Shown here one piece after another: positions 39,301 to 52,178 of a stretch of 64,000 nt of DNA (positions are counted from its first letter, which is position 1; every line of letters starts with the position of its first letter). Both the position numbers and the translations under genes were made by a program. Under the pieces are notes generated by a model. The model ran no database searches. It was not told the origin of the DNA and was given only the letters and a program-made list of their open reading frames with translations. The stretch lies in assembly GCA_001687465.1 (NCBI GenBank), contig LVLI01000043.1:62001-126000 (forward strand). The letters are read 5' to 3'. This DNA is from Halocafeteria seosinensis. Lineage: Eukaryota.

Positions 39301-42300
39301 ACTGCGGTCAGGACGAAGTGGACAAAGCTAGGGCTTGTTGTCACGGCGGATTCAGTGGCATACAAAACGACGCTCCCTAAGCGACTATCCTCCTTCCGCG
39401 CGTTCTGGCTAATGACAGGGATGCCGATAGCTATTGTTCCATTCTCGTCTCCAGAGGATACAATCGAACTGATATCGTTGTAGCTCCGCCGGCTCTCGTT
39501 CACGTTATCCTCGAAATTGCTATTGATGGACACCTCATGTTTCCGTTCCATCGCACGACTGCCGACGACGGCTCCACAATTCGAGGCGGTATCTTCGTTT
39601 TGCTTGTTGCCGGCAGATCTCTTGACGCCTTCAAGAATTTCGAGGGGCAAGTATTCAATGGTAAAGCACTCAAGGTATCTCTGGTCTATAAGATCCTGAA
39701 AGGAATGCATGCTCGATTTTGCTTTATTAAATACGGACCTTAACCAAGATTTGCATAAAGAGTTGGCCTGATGACGAAAATGAGTTGACCACGAGCTAAT
39801 CTCAGCTGGGAAGTCCGATGAAGTGGAAGACAAATCTACAATGCTCTTACATGCCGTCATTGATTCTACCGCCGCACAATAAACGCTATCCAGACATACA
39901 CAAAGCGATTCATTTCGCTGGCGCATATCTTCATCCATGTTAGCCACTGATGCCTCCAGGGTTTCGTTGCGTTGTTTCAGCTTGCTCATTGTCCGCGAGT
40001 CTGACAACTGCTTCCTGAGCAAAGACATGTAATCCACAACAAACTCACTCAGCAACGGATCCAGGTAGGCAATAACATTTTCCTTCATAAATGAGTGCTC
40101 CAGATTAACTCGATCCTCAAAGTTGTTTGTGTGACTATCGCCAGCAGTAGCCTTTAAAGGAAGCATGAGTCCTAATAGAACAAGGACCTCGTCATCTCCT
40201 GAATCCGTCTGAGGCTTCGCCAAAGTGAAAGGAAGAACAGCGACAATCCTTCGCGAGCTACCAGATCCGAGTGAAAAAATAGGTCTCAAACTGAACGTTC
40301 CTCTTGAAAACTGGGATTTCGATTCCTTGTAAACCTTCATCTGTTCAGCCATAAGGTCCACCGGCAACCATAGAGGTGAAGCCTCGCCAGCATCTTGGTT
40401 ATAAGAAATGGGGAATTCAGAATCGGACCCAGAGACGCAGGCACTGCACGAACCGAGATAGCAAGATCTGGTATGCTCGCACACTTCAGACAAAACGCCC
40501 CCAACACAGAAGAGCTTTGCATCGTTTCCAACCATATCATCAAGTTCACCCTTACTGGTCAAAGTCAGATGCAACCAGGCAATCCGCATTAGTTCAGGTG
40601 AAAGAGTTCGTAAACACGATGTCCAAATGTTGTCCACGGAGGGAGTTTCGTGGCCTCGATTGCCCGTATTGTTAAGAGATTTAACAATGCTAGCATGCCA
40701 ACGGTGAAGCTGTTTCCATAACTCAACAGTGAGCTCTGCTGCTTGCCGTTTGACTAACGACTGACTCGACTTCTTGTCAGATTCTAAGCAGCGACGTTCG
40801 ATATCTTGCAGATGGTCTTGTATGGATTGATTGTGCATCTTCATACGGTGAACGTCTTTATAGCGTTTCCAGCGTAGAAACGTATCCTTCAAAGCGGAGA
40901 GTCGAGAAACTTTGCGTCGATAAACGAGGAAAGCTTGCCTCAGCACGCCAGCGAAATGTGCAGCTTTAGTCACTTCTTGCTCGTGTATAGCCTTTAGCTC
41001 CTGTTGAAATTCGCGCAGATTTGCATTATCTCGTGATAGCCTGTCACGAGCTGTACTGACCTCTTTGCATTTGTCTTTCCACTCCTGAAGGGAATGCTGC
41101 ACATCACTGAGATGGTTCAAAGATTCATTATACTTCTCCTCGGTATGTTCAATTTGATCCTGAGCATCTTGCAGCTTCTTGGCTAGGGAGTCTCGCTCGG
41201 CAGTAAGTTTCTGTAAACGCGACCTCCATGCAGAATCCGTTCGCTCCTCTGAATCCCGGGAGCTCTGCAGCTCTGTTTCAAGACGGGAACAGCGTTGTTC
41301 CACTTTCCTATATTCTCCTTCAAGTTGGTCCCGTTCTCGGGAGAGCTCTCTATTGCGTTCCTCCAGCTCTTCATTCTTTTTCGAATAGGACTTGTTTTCT
41401 TCGGTTAGGGACTTGATCTCATTGCTTTGCGAGTCATTGTGTTGCTCTAGCCTAGAGCAGAAGTTGCGATAACTAAGCCACGCAAGGCGGTAAAAGGAGA
41501 CTTGAAACAGCCTATTCGCACGTTCTTTCTCTAGCTTTCTGCGAACCCCAATGGATACAGAGGTTTGATTTCGCCATTTCAACGAGATCCGCTGAGAACA
41601 GAGCGCAATTCTAACTGCACGTTGTAGAATCTTCCCCAGACAGACGCATGCCAAATTAGCCAAGTTGAACATTCCGCCTTTCACATCTACAGTCAATTTC
41701 ACTAATGCCGTTGCATAAGCGGAGTGAGCACCGCACTCAGTTTCATCCGTTTCCTCGGGGCTAAAAATAGGAATGAGCAATTCGCGATAGGAGGTCACTC
41801 TTTCGCTGAAAGCGAATGTCGGCTCTGATTTCTGAGGGAACACATCTGAAACGCCACCCGGTACCCACGCATTTTCCTTGCAATCCCATAAACCGTAATT
41901 GTGCTGCCACTGAAACAGTGATACTGAGGTTGCTGAGTGAGGAAGCGTTGCACCGTCAGTGGAACGAATGCATTGCAAATGACAATCAACGAATTCGAAA
42001 GGCTTATCTCCAAACGGTGTGTTTTTCCGTCCCCGAGCCAGAAAAGAGCATTCAGCTAGTGTTACTGCTGTATTTTCCAGTCCTTTAAGGAAGCAGTTTG
42101 AGTGAATTGTCTGCATTAGCCGTCCACGACAAGCAGCATCATCTAGATCCGTAAAGACTACGAGCTGCTTCTCGTAAAATGCATCCCACAGCTCAGTCGA
42201 TCCTAGATGGCTGCTGAAAATTTCCGATGTGCTTATCCCACCTTTTCCACCATATTTTTCTTCCTCTGGTACAGTTCCTCCAACTCCTTCTCCAGTGGGA

Positions 42301-43225
42301 TTGCGCGACGTTCCCTCGAACGTGTCCCTATCCGATATTTGACCATCATCGTGTTCGGTATGCGCTTCAGTGTAACTTCGCGCTGTATCAACGTTTACTG
42401 AAAACTTTCTAGTTGTTTGTGTGCTCGATGTTCCATGCCCTTCACAGGACGAGGACTGCCTGTACTGCTTCCACTGGTCAAGCTCGTAACGGAGTGCTTC
42501 GATTTGAGCGTCCTTTCGTGTGAGTTCTTTTTCGATTCTCTCATCCACTTGCACTCGCCGAGAATCCGATTTGAGTAGTGTTTGAAGTTCTTTCTGTGTG
42601 TCATGAAGCTGTGCTGTCGTTGCTGCAGCAGTAGACGCAATACACGGGGTGCATATAACCTTTTAAGCTCAGAGATAACAAGACACGTACTATCATAAGT
42701 TTCCTTTAGTTCGTAATACTTTCGTTTCCAGTATTCTGCTTGTCTCTGTAACTCATGCTGTTGCTGCACACTGGGACGCTGCGGTTGGCTGACTGATCGT
42801 TGCGAAGTGCTCTTGTGTTCGGCTCGACTAGACGTCGTTGTCGACTGGAGGGTTTTCCTTGGGGTTCTTCTGTACACGTCATCGTCGTCACCATTACTAC
42901 TGGATTCACTGTGGGGGGAATCATATCCAAATATACGCTGGGATCGTTTCACCAAATCTGCATCACTCGCCTCCAGAGAAGACACGTAGGAGGACATCAT
43001 CGAAGTTTTCCGTTCTTCCGTATGGGCTTCATCCTGCTGCGCGCGGCTCTCTCGAGCGTGTAAACCGTCGTCATTGTCACTAGAATCGCCTGTTTCAGTC
43101 TCTTTGTGCTCGATAAAACTTGGTCGTTGGGCTCCCGAACCTCCTCTTTGAGGAGCTCTTACAGACGTATACGAAGCGCCCAGATCCTCTTGTTCCACAA
43201 AGCGACTCCACGGCGTCTCGTCCAT
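33312..43225 (-). CDS. Giant (~3,280 aa) coiled-coil protein with C-terminal GAF domain and internal GAF-like modules
   Basis: ORF 42395..43249 joins the 3080-aa ORF through one GT-AG intron (~42625-42690; ...ELKETYDT|TTAQLHDTQKELQTLL). C-terminal GLLAISEKRPVVVSDV...SMMILPIVDPSGGATVGILELAH...FSEVDAKLQLALARFIG is a GAF signature. Confidence 0.85.
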
Positions 43226-43597
43226 CGTATGTGCTCGGTCAAAGCTCACTGGAACACCTGAAAATGGTGTTAATGAAACAAAATCTAGATTTCAAAAACG
43301 CTGTTTGAACGTTGTCAGACTTTAATCGCCCATATTTTGTGTTTCCAGCGCCCAATTCCAATTCCACCAACACTACTGAGATCAGTGAAGATACGCAAAC
43401 TTCATCATGGAAATCGCCATACCCACATCAAAATTGCATTTCCTTATGCCCTCAGAGCCCTCGGTAGATCCTCAGACCCGTCAATCTTTTCTTTGGCCGT
43501 TAGAGTGGGGCTATTTCAATGCCTTTTGACGGCTTTGTCAGGACTCCTTCGATACTACAACTACCGGCATTCGGATCTCAATGTGATTAGTGTGGCC

Positions 43598-46500
43598 ATG
43601 GACACGCGACAGGATGAGGATGAATGGATCTTATCGGTGAATATGGCCACGGGAGGAAATGGCTCCCAACTTCAACCTGGGGCGTCTCAGGACCGAATTT
43701 CGTCTCATTCACGCCCTTTTCACGGCTCTCCGTCCCCTTTGATGCCTTCGAGGTCGGCTCAGACTCGTGGCAAGTCTAGAACGAAAAGCCGATCGAAAGG
43801 CCGTCCTTCAGAAAACGGTGAAAATGAGGAAAAAAGCGCCTTGGAGCAGCAACAGGAGAGCGCTAAACTGGAATTTCAGCGAGAAGTCGATAAATGTCGC
43901 TATGCAGCTCAGCAATACAGGGAAATCGTCGCCTCTCTACCGCGGCGGTCGGTCCTCGTACGGAACACCACAGTCCCCGTCTTTACGAGCGAGCAACAGG
44001 ACCCCCAGGACGATGAAGCTCCAGTCCGACAACATGGAAGTCTAATTTCGTTACAAGAGCTCCAAGGGAGATCTAGTACCCCTACGTTCAGTTTTAGGAA
44101 GGCTATGATCAATGGAGGCCTCGTGGTCCAATTTTCTGGGATCCAAGAATCCGACCCGGAAACGGCCTGGAGTAGCCGACAAGCGTTCTCGAAACTAATG
44201 ATGGCGCTTAGGAAAGTCAAACAAGCCAGTCGTAAGAGGCAATCGGCAGGTCTTTCCACGAGACCTCTGACGTTGTCTGAGAAAGACCTTAGCACAGGCT
44301 CGGTGGAACCTCGCCTGCAGCCTGTAATGTATTATTCCGTGTGCAATAGCCAGTCACCTTTGATGCATGCCATATTACAAACGAATGGGTTCCAACTCGC
44401 ACTGTCTTCCGAATATATTTCGGAAGAAGACACAGGGAGCAAGCAGCGTATTAGTCAGTTCTATAAGCAGGCTTTGCAAGGGGCCAAGGGAAGTCGTCCT
44501 CCACCGCCACCGTCTACTTCTGCGTATGAACAGCCTTTAAGACTGCAGGAAGACGGTGCTTGGCGCAAGTCGAACAGGAAAGGAACGAACAAGAGACTAG
44601 GAACCAGAAAATCGCAAGGCAAAGTGCCTCCAAAATCGGTTTCACTGCGAATACCATTGTGCTTAGAGACACTGGGTATCACACAACAGAAGCCTTGGCA
44701 CCTGCAGTGGATATCTGCCTACATGAAGACTCACGATTACAAAGGCATGACCCGGTTTCAGAAGATTAATCAATTCCCGTGGTCTATCGAGCTGACCAGG
44801 AAAGGTACGGAAAACGATCTCACGCTTACGAGTATTACTCACACGAAGTCTTGTTGGGCCTGTTTGCAGATTCACTTGCTCATAATTTAGACCGGATGTC
44901 ACAAACGTACGGAGCCAAGCATTTCGATTTTCTACCGGCTACTTATGTACTTCCGTCAGACGCATCTGCCTTTAATCAAATATGCGAGAGTGATCCCGTA
45001 AGCTTTCAACTTTTTTTGTCATGCCTTGTGCTGGATCTCATGAAAGATGGGTCCTTCCTTTATGTGTTGCTTCAGGAAGCTGTATGGATCGTAAAGCCCT
45101 CAGGAGCTGCCCAAGGACGAGGAATATACTTGACCCAATGTCGAAATGGCTACTCAGGAGGGGGACTGCCTCCACCACCATTGGCTGGTAACGGCAAACC
45201 CAAGCGAACGTCAAGAGAAGCTTCTGCTGTTCCCGGCCAGAGAGTTGATACAGACGAGGAAGAGGATGATGACGACGTTCAAGCAGGGTTGGCCAATGGA
45301 CAATCAGCTGAAAGGTTGGCAGCAAGCCATCTCCCTTCGAACCCTATTGCGCGCATTGCTGCTGCCAAGGCTTCAGGCGTTGATGTTGATTCGCCAGTCT
45401 TTTCCTCTTCACATCCTTTGTCTCCCTCGAACAAGTCCCAGCATAACGAAGGTTCTCCTCCCTCGAGCCCTTCTTCGCCCAGCATGAGTAGTTCGTTTCC
45501 GTCTACAGACACATGCATCGTAAGCAGGTACATCAAGAATCCTCTTCTGATCGATGGGTTTAAGTTCGACATCCGTATATATGTTGCGGTAACGTCATTT
45601 GACCCGTTGGTCGTGTACGTCCATCGCCAAGGATTGACACGTTTTGCTACGAGAGAGTACGATGACAACATCAACAACCTGAACGATAAGTTCATGCACT
45701 TGACTAACTATAGTATCAACAAACATAACCAAGACTACGTAATAGGCTCTGGTACTAGACAGTCTAAAGGTCCTTCCAGTGGAAAAGGATCCAATACCGA
45801 GACGGACGAAATCGAAGGAGATGGTGAAGGTCATAAATGGACTATTTCGGCTCTGCTGAAGCGCTTATCGTCCGAGGGTTTTGATGTGGATGCACTCTGG
45901 TGTAAGGTAGAAGACCTGGTAGCGAAGACATTACTCTCATCTCAAGAGCGGATTGTCCAAGCGACACGGCGGCACGTACCTTTCCCGCATGATAATTGTT
46001 TCCAGCTCTTCGGTTTTGATATCATGATAGATGACCGACTGAAACCGTGGCTCCTCGAAGTTAATCTATCTCCTTCTCTCGGGATTGACAGCCCGCTTGA
46101 TTTTCGAGTCAAATCCCAAGTGATCTCAGATCTCCTATCTTTAGTGGGCTGCCGAGTACCTCCGGCTATTACTTTCAGCTCAAAACAGAGTGTATTGGAT
46201 ATCTCTCCAGAGAGTATTGACGTACCCGCAGCCTCCGGTAACGAGAAAGCAGATCATCCCCAATCAACCAAGTCTACTCCAGCAACTGCGAAGGGCTTGA
46301 GCAGGGCAAAAAAGCAAAGTAATGCTCATCGCCCCGCTCATACTTCGGCAACAACTTCCAGGAAGTCAAAACCCCAAGCGAAACAGGCCATCAGTTTACC
46401 GCGCATTGCTGGGCTACCAGAAACGGATGATTCTCCTCCTGCTTCACCCAGACCTAGATCAGGGGAGTCCGAAAATATTTCGCAAGAGTCCGTTTGCGAG

Positions 46501-47766
46501 GCATGCTTTCAGAAATTACAGAAGGTGTCAATGGAATTTCATAAGAAATGGTTGCTCGTGCTGTACGATTTCCTCGGTCTCGATGGAAATGATACTGGAA
46601 ATTTGGTCGATTCCGACCTTCGGTCCAATGGGATTGGCCTGTGGATAAACTTGGCTTTAGGCTATCCTACTCGGCTTTGTCGGTTTGTACAGGTATACGA
46701 ACCCATTTTGCCGGAGGAGATCAAAGAACTGGTGGGTGTAGCAAGGACACGGTTACACAGAGACTGTCAGGAAGAGAGCAGACCTGAATCGACAACCGAC
46801 AGAATTAGGAGGCGAATTTCTGCTCAAGGGTCGCGCAAATTGGATGGCGACCTTGCTTTCGATGAACAGACAGAAGCGAGAACCGGCTCCGACAAATATC
46901 AGAACGTTCGCTCAAGTTTCTCTACACCAGCCCAAGAGTCTGGTAACAAAGCGTTGCCTTCTAACCTTTCTGACTTAATCAAAGGATATGCGAAGAGCGG
47001 AAAAACTGTGTGGAAGGACTATCCTAATTATATCAACTTAGCAGTGGACACTCATCTCATCCCAAGATCTGTGCGCAGAGCCATTCTTGATACGCTAGAT
47101 ATGTCAGAAGAAGATCGTCTGCTCATCTCCAGGTTTGAGCAAGAGCATGCTCGTCGAGGACAGTTTCAGCGAGTTCTACCCACTGCTTATAGAAACAGTC
47201 TTTCATGGAAAACTTACTTTGAGGCCGCCAGATCGTCGAAGGATAAAACAGAAGATGTTTTTCCCGTCTATTTGTTAAAATGCTATGAGATTCATGAATC
47301 TTACTGCCACTGTGCTAAGGAGGTTAAGAAAATCCCAAAGACGAGTCTGATTTCTGAGTCAAGCAATCAACTGATATGGAAGCGGGTTACTTCTCGACTC
47401 CAGCCTATAACTCTCGATCGCATGCTCACAATTGCACGTAGCGGTAGTGGCTTGGTTCGGAGAGTTGTCCAGCACTACGAAAAACGGGAGAAGCAAGCAT
47501 GGGAATTCCTCAATCACGATCATAACAGAAGATACTACGCTGGTAAGAAACCAAAGCATCTGCCTTCCGAAGACTCTCGCAAACCCGGGAGTTTTCGGTC
47601 TAATGTTAACGAAGACCCACAACGCAGCTTCAACCGAAACGCCCTTTCGGCGATGTTTGATGCCTCTAATCTACATGTGGCTGCTACGTGGCAGTCTCAT
47701 TTGAAGGCGATTCCTCAGAACAAAATAACTATTCTTCCACCTCCAGAGCATGGGTCTGGTGATTAA
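43598..47766 (+). CDS. Tubulin polyglutamylase, TTLL4/TTLL5-like
   Basis: FQKINQFPWSIELTRK|DSL, FDFLPATYVLP, WIVKPSGAAQGRGIYL, IVSRYIKNPLLIDGFKFDIRIYV, GLTRFAT, MHLTNYSINK, CFQLFGFDIMID, PWLLEVNLSPSL, late RRGQFQRVLP. Two short introns (~44806-44869, ~44998-45076). Confidence 0.93.
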
Positions 47767-47868
47767 TGTATGTACAGGTCTGCTTGCAATAACGAGAACA
47801 TTTTGATTTTAAGCTGCCATAATAATAAACAACGCGATGTTCGTGTCTTGTTCGTGTGTATTGGAGCG

Positions 47869-48773
47869 TCACTGAGGCTTTGCGTATTTTTCCGTCCACT
47901 CTTCGGCTGCGCGGAGGGCACCTGGAAGATCTACTTTCCATCTTTCAGCGACCTGAACGAGGACATAGCATAGACGACTTAGGCGCTTTCCTGGTAAGAC
48001 GAACCAACGATTTCACTTACTTGCGCATCCAGCGGATCTTCCGGATTTGGAGTTGACATTAGAGCCTGGATAGACAGTAACACTGTTCGGATCTGCAGCG
48101 CCGGTGTCCACTTGTCTTTTAGAATGTCCAGACAGATTCGCCCTAATTTGTCAACGTTTGGATGATAAATCTTTGTAAGGAACCTAATTTTCGGAGGTAC
48201 CATAGGATAGTCTTCTGGTAAGAATAATTCCAGTTTAAATCTTCCACCTGAAGTGACAAAATCCACAATTACGAATCCCGACTTGCCAGATCCACGACTT
48301 ACTAACTCGGATAACTTACCTTTGTAAGGGGACTCTGAGGGTCCTTCTAAAGTAACATCGAAATATCTTAAATTATCTTCAAAGGGTTTGGCTTCAATTC
48401 CTTCGACGGGTTCACTTTGAAGACGGTGAATTTCCTGAACCAATCGAATGCACAAAAAATTCCGTGAATACCCAGAGGAGGTATCGAACGGAATGCTGGA
48501 TAGGATTTCATGCTTTATTTACTCCCAATAAGCTTGAATGAGGAGCTCAATGAAAACGACAAAAAGGGTTTACAAGGGTGCATGGGACCCCATTGGTTTA
48601 TCCAGCCTGTATCAGGTATCTTATGACAGTCTAAACAGAAAAAAGCGCATAGCCATACTGAGGATAGCATCGAAAGAGCACTGGTTGTCCTAAATGCACT
48701 GTATGAAGCTGCAAACATGCATTACCTTTTGAATACGCTTGGAAAGCCCCCCTCCACCTCCTGCTTGAGCCAT
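47869..48773 (-). CDS. UBC13: Ubiquitin-conjugating enzyme E2, UBE2N/Ubc13 type, 4 exons
   Basis: [29 protein letters not shown]...NLRYF...[63 protein letters not shown]...|VAERWK...[10 protein letters not shown]. Confidence 0.93.
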
Positions 48774-49502
48774 TATTGAGGACCCCCGCTTACTGTGTAT
48801 ACGCTTGCGTCAATGCCACACTATCAAGTATGCTGTCTACGCAGTAAAACGCATCTAAACCTTACTGTATACGCTATAAAACTTCTTGAAGCGACGACTT
48901 GTCGCAGCAGGAGGCGACAAACATTGCGTTCACTTTGTTCGGAAGAAGTTCACTTTGAAACTTTCCCTCGAGGGAGCAAGCACAGGCGGAGTGGTGAGGT
49001 GATAAGCGCTGAAGACAGTGCAACAATGACGGATAATTCCCTCTCGATTGAAAAGCGCGCGCCGTGGACAATTGATGCGAGCACAACATAAATGGCTGGG
49101 TTGGTAGGATAGACATGGATCCATATTGAGGAAGCGAGGTTCTTAGCACGCCACCACGGCAAATATTCTCTGAAACCTGAACGTTCCCGGCGCGAGACGC
49201 ATAAATGTTGAAAGGAACAAATACACATGGAATGTGAAGACAACTGGGCGAGACAGACACGAAATAAGCAGATCCGGTGTCGTCAAAAAGTGCAGAAGGG
49301 GAAGAATACCGAAAATGTTTGGTTCAGTTTATGCTTCCTGCCGGCACAGGGATCATTTCGCGAGCAGGCGGCACTCTAGAAAAGCCCTACCATAAGGACA
49401 AAAAAGGTAAATACTGGAACGCATCAAGCAGTACTGTACCTGTATCACTTGGTGCGAAGACAGGGTACAGTAGAAGTACAGTGTAGCAGTTAGCAGTAGT
49501 GG

Positions 49503-49530
49503 ACACACACACATATGTGACAGATAGCCC
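49503..49530 (+). repeat. Dispersed repeat copy 2 (shorter)
   Basis: acacacacacatatgtgacagatagccc; shares ATGTGACAGATAGCCC and the (CA)n flank with copies 1 and 3. Confidence 0.75.
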
Positions 49531-49705
49531 CCAGTATTGCTACTGTAGTGGACGGTTAATCGTCTTGTGATTCACAAGTTGTGAACCCCTTACGTTCCAT
49601 TCCACGACCCCAACGAATGCTACTCCTTGACCAAAGAGTCATTGCATTTATTTACAGGTTGCCATAGATAAAGTTTTTTGCTTTTTGTATTCACGGCAAC
49701 TGGTT

Positions 49706-50773
49706 TCAGTTTCTCACTTTAAAAACTCGCACACCCCCGCAGCCATCCTCTTCCACCACGTACTTTTTCCCTGTTACTCCACCACATCCTAAAACTGCCA
49801 CAATACCAAATATGATACCAACGACAAGCCCAGCACCTACATCAACCGAAACCCCACTACTCTCCTCGACCTCCTCATCATCATCCAAGGTTGCAGGAGC
49901 AATCATACGCTCGTAGACCACTTCTCCAAACGAAGATGCACTCACATTGATGGGTACATTTTCCTCTCTCGAAAACTTGGCGAAAAAGGCGTTCTCATAA
50001 GATGCACTATTTACTCGTCTCTGTATTTGGTCCATTACCTTCCTCACTTCTTCGACCTGCCTAACGCTATACTCAGAGTCTCCCTGAATTTGGCTCTCTC
50101 CCTCTCGTGTAACGAAGACTAACATGTCAACGGTCGTGCTGTCCTGTGTACTCCTGAGCAATTCTACTTTATCCTTTTCTTTGATAAAGAAAGTAGAATT
50201 GGATTTGAGGTGTAAGACTTCTCGCAGAACCCTGTTTTGAGAGCCTGGTGGATAAAAACGACGGTTATTCTCAGTGTCCTTTGGATGGCGGTACTGGTTG
50301 CTGCGGCTTCTAAAATAGTCATCCCCAACACCAACAAATGTAGCCTTGCAGACGAAGAAAGTGTCCTTGTCCGTCACTTCCGGTTCGACATTCGCTGGTA
50401 CTGGAGATGGTGAGCTAGTAGGCGTATTGGTTCTACTTGGTGTCGGAGTGGCGGTAAGAGTCCGCGTAGAGGTAGGTGTTGCAGTAATTGTCTTCGTGCT
50501 GGTGGGAGTGGAAGTAATCGATCTTGTCGAAGTAGGAGTCCTAGTAATTGAGTTTGTCGAAGAAGCTGATGGGCTAATATAGGGGGACTTGGTAGGTGAT
50601 GCGGAAGTCAAATGAGCTGCACGACAGCGAGAAGCCAGAAGCAGGGCAAGAAAAATCACCATTCGCACCTGCATTGCTCCGGAGTCCATACTAGTTGAAC
50701 ACTGAAACGGTAGAACGCTTTTCCCTAGTTCAAGTTGGTTTGTAGCTTCCTCTGTATGGTCAGTTCTCGTCAT
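49706..50773 (-). CDS. Type I membrane protein with signal peptide, mucin-like S/T/P stalk and single TM helix
   Basis: MQVRMVIFLALLLASRCRA (signal; likely start ~50674), ~10-aa repeats TRTPTSTRSI/TSTPTSTKTI/TATPTSTRTL, globular region, TM VGAGLVVGIIFGIVAVLGC, short tail. Confidence 0.78.
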   Translation of the reverse strand: MTRTDHTEEATNQLELGKSVLPFQCSTSMDSGAMQVRMVIFLALLLASRCRAAHLTSASPTKSPYISPSASSTNSITRTPTSTRSITSTPTSTKTITATPTSTRTLTATPTPSRTNTPTSSPSPVPANVEPEVTDKDTFFVCKATFVGVGDDYFRSRSNQYRHPKDTENNRRFYPPGSQNRVLREVLHLKSNSTFFIKEKDKVELLRSTQDSTTVDMLVFVTREGESQIQGDSEYSVRQVEEVRKVMDQIQRRVNSASYENAFFAKFSREENVPINVSASSFGEVVYERMIAPATLDDDEEVEESSGVSVDVGAGLVVGIIFGIVAVLGCGGVTGKKYVVEEDGCGGVRVFKVRN

Positions 50774-51280
50774 ACGGGTGCTTTAGAAATCGAAGCTTCT
50801 CTCAAGCTCGGGGACAGTCTTGCTCTTAGTTCGTCGTGCACTGTGCCATCAACAGCTTTATTGTTCTTCAACTTTCTGTAAGCAAACAAACATGAATACC
50901 CGAGTGGAACATGACAGGTATTTTACGCTGCAGTTGGCGCACTTGAGGAAGACGACCTACTACTGATTCAGTACTGAACAATACCCACCACAACTCACAC
51001 CACCGTACATTGTGCAAGTACCATCGCCAATCCATGAAGATGTATCAAGCCTTGGCTGCCAGCAAGTTGATTGACTCTAGTGATGTCTGAAAGATTACAA
51101 GCAGCTATTCGAAGAAAAGTGGTCTGACTCTTGCGAGGGGAATCCATTGGGGAGCAAAAAAGATCTGCTCTCACATCTGCTCTCACCACCTTGTAGTGTT
51201 CTACACTTCCAAACCCATGGCAGTTTTGAAGATAAGTCTGTATAAATGGATCCTTCTATCATATGTATGCATACTTACCT

Positions 51281-51282
<2 letters not shown>

Positions 51283-51332
<50 letters not shown>

Positions 51333-51336
51333 GTGC
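51283..51336 (+). repeat. (GT)n microsatellite
   Basis: 22 perfect GT units followed by an imperfect tail. Confidence 0.97.
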
Positions 51337-51761
51337 CCGTAGATTCTCCGTAGATCAAACCATGACCTCTCGGCGACCTCTCGCAGACCGCGTCACCAAA
51401 CGAGGTCGCACCTGCGGGAAGGTCTGGATGCGGGCGTAGATGAATCAGGCCAACGGATCCTATGCAACGATATTTTTGCTATGTCATTCATCGCAGCATA
51501 ACACTGTTCTTGTTCGCATACCAACATAGGTGGTATCACATAACTCCATATAAAAATATGGAGCTTCGTCCTGGATCCGAGAGAGGTCTACAGGTAAAGC
51601 TGAGAACACAAGAATGCGGTGTTGACATTTTGACCAAATGGCCAGGAAGAGTAACTGGGTGATTGTAAATGACCTCAGTGAGGTCTCCGCATCTCCCTAT
51701 TTACGTTCTCGGCCAAAGTAAGAAAGAGTACTAACACGGTCTCGAGGCCTTAAACAAGCCT

Positions 51762-51856
51762 GATAAGTAGGCATCAGCGAGAAACTCTGAACTTCTCGAG
51801 TCTGAAGGAGGATGACGATAAGTAGGCATCAGAGAGAAACTCTGAAGGAGGATGAC
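51762..51856 (+). repeat. Short interleaved direct duplication
   Basis: gataagtaggcatcagMgagaaactctgaa at 51762 and 51817; tctgaaggaggatgac at 51801 and 51841. Confidence 0.85.
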
Positions 51857-52178
51857 CCAAGTTCAATGTGGATACTCTGAACGCTGAATAAGCAGCATCG
51901 TACATCGTCTACTGTCTCTGTATGCGATAGCGATTCCTTTTACAGCACTGGGCACCAGCACTCTACACGTAGTAGTACATTGTATACCACACTCACCCAC
52001 CTACCATCTCCACCTATAACATGCGACGTAAATTGACCTTTTCTTGTGTAGCTATTACAATCAGTCCCGTTACTACACACCTAAGAGAAAAGAAGAAACG
52101 AAGATCAAGCTATCACCGATTTCCAACTGTGTACATCTGGGTCCGCCACAATAGCAACTGACGCAGTGACGTTGTGGA

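Noticed and set aside
51271..51281. ATACTTACCTG, the 5' end of U1 snRNA
   Set aside because: It runs straight into a (GT)n tract with no U1 stem-loops or Sm site; more simply the reverse complement of a splice-donor consensus or chance.
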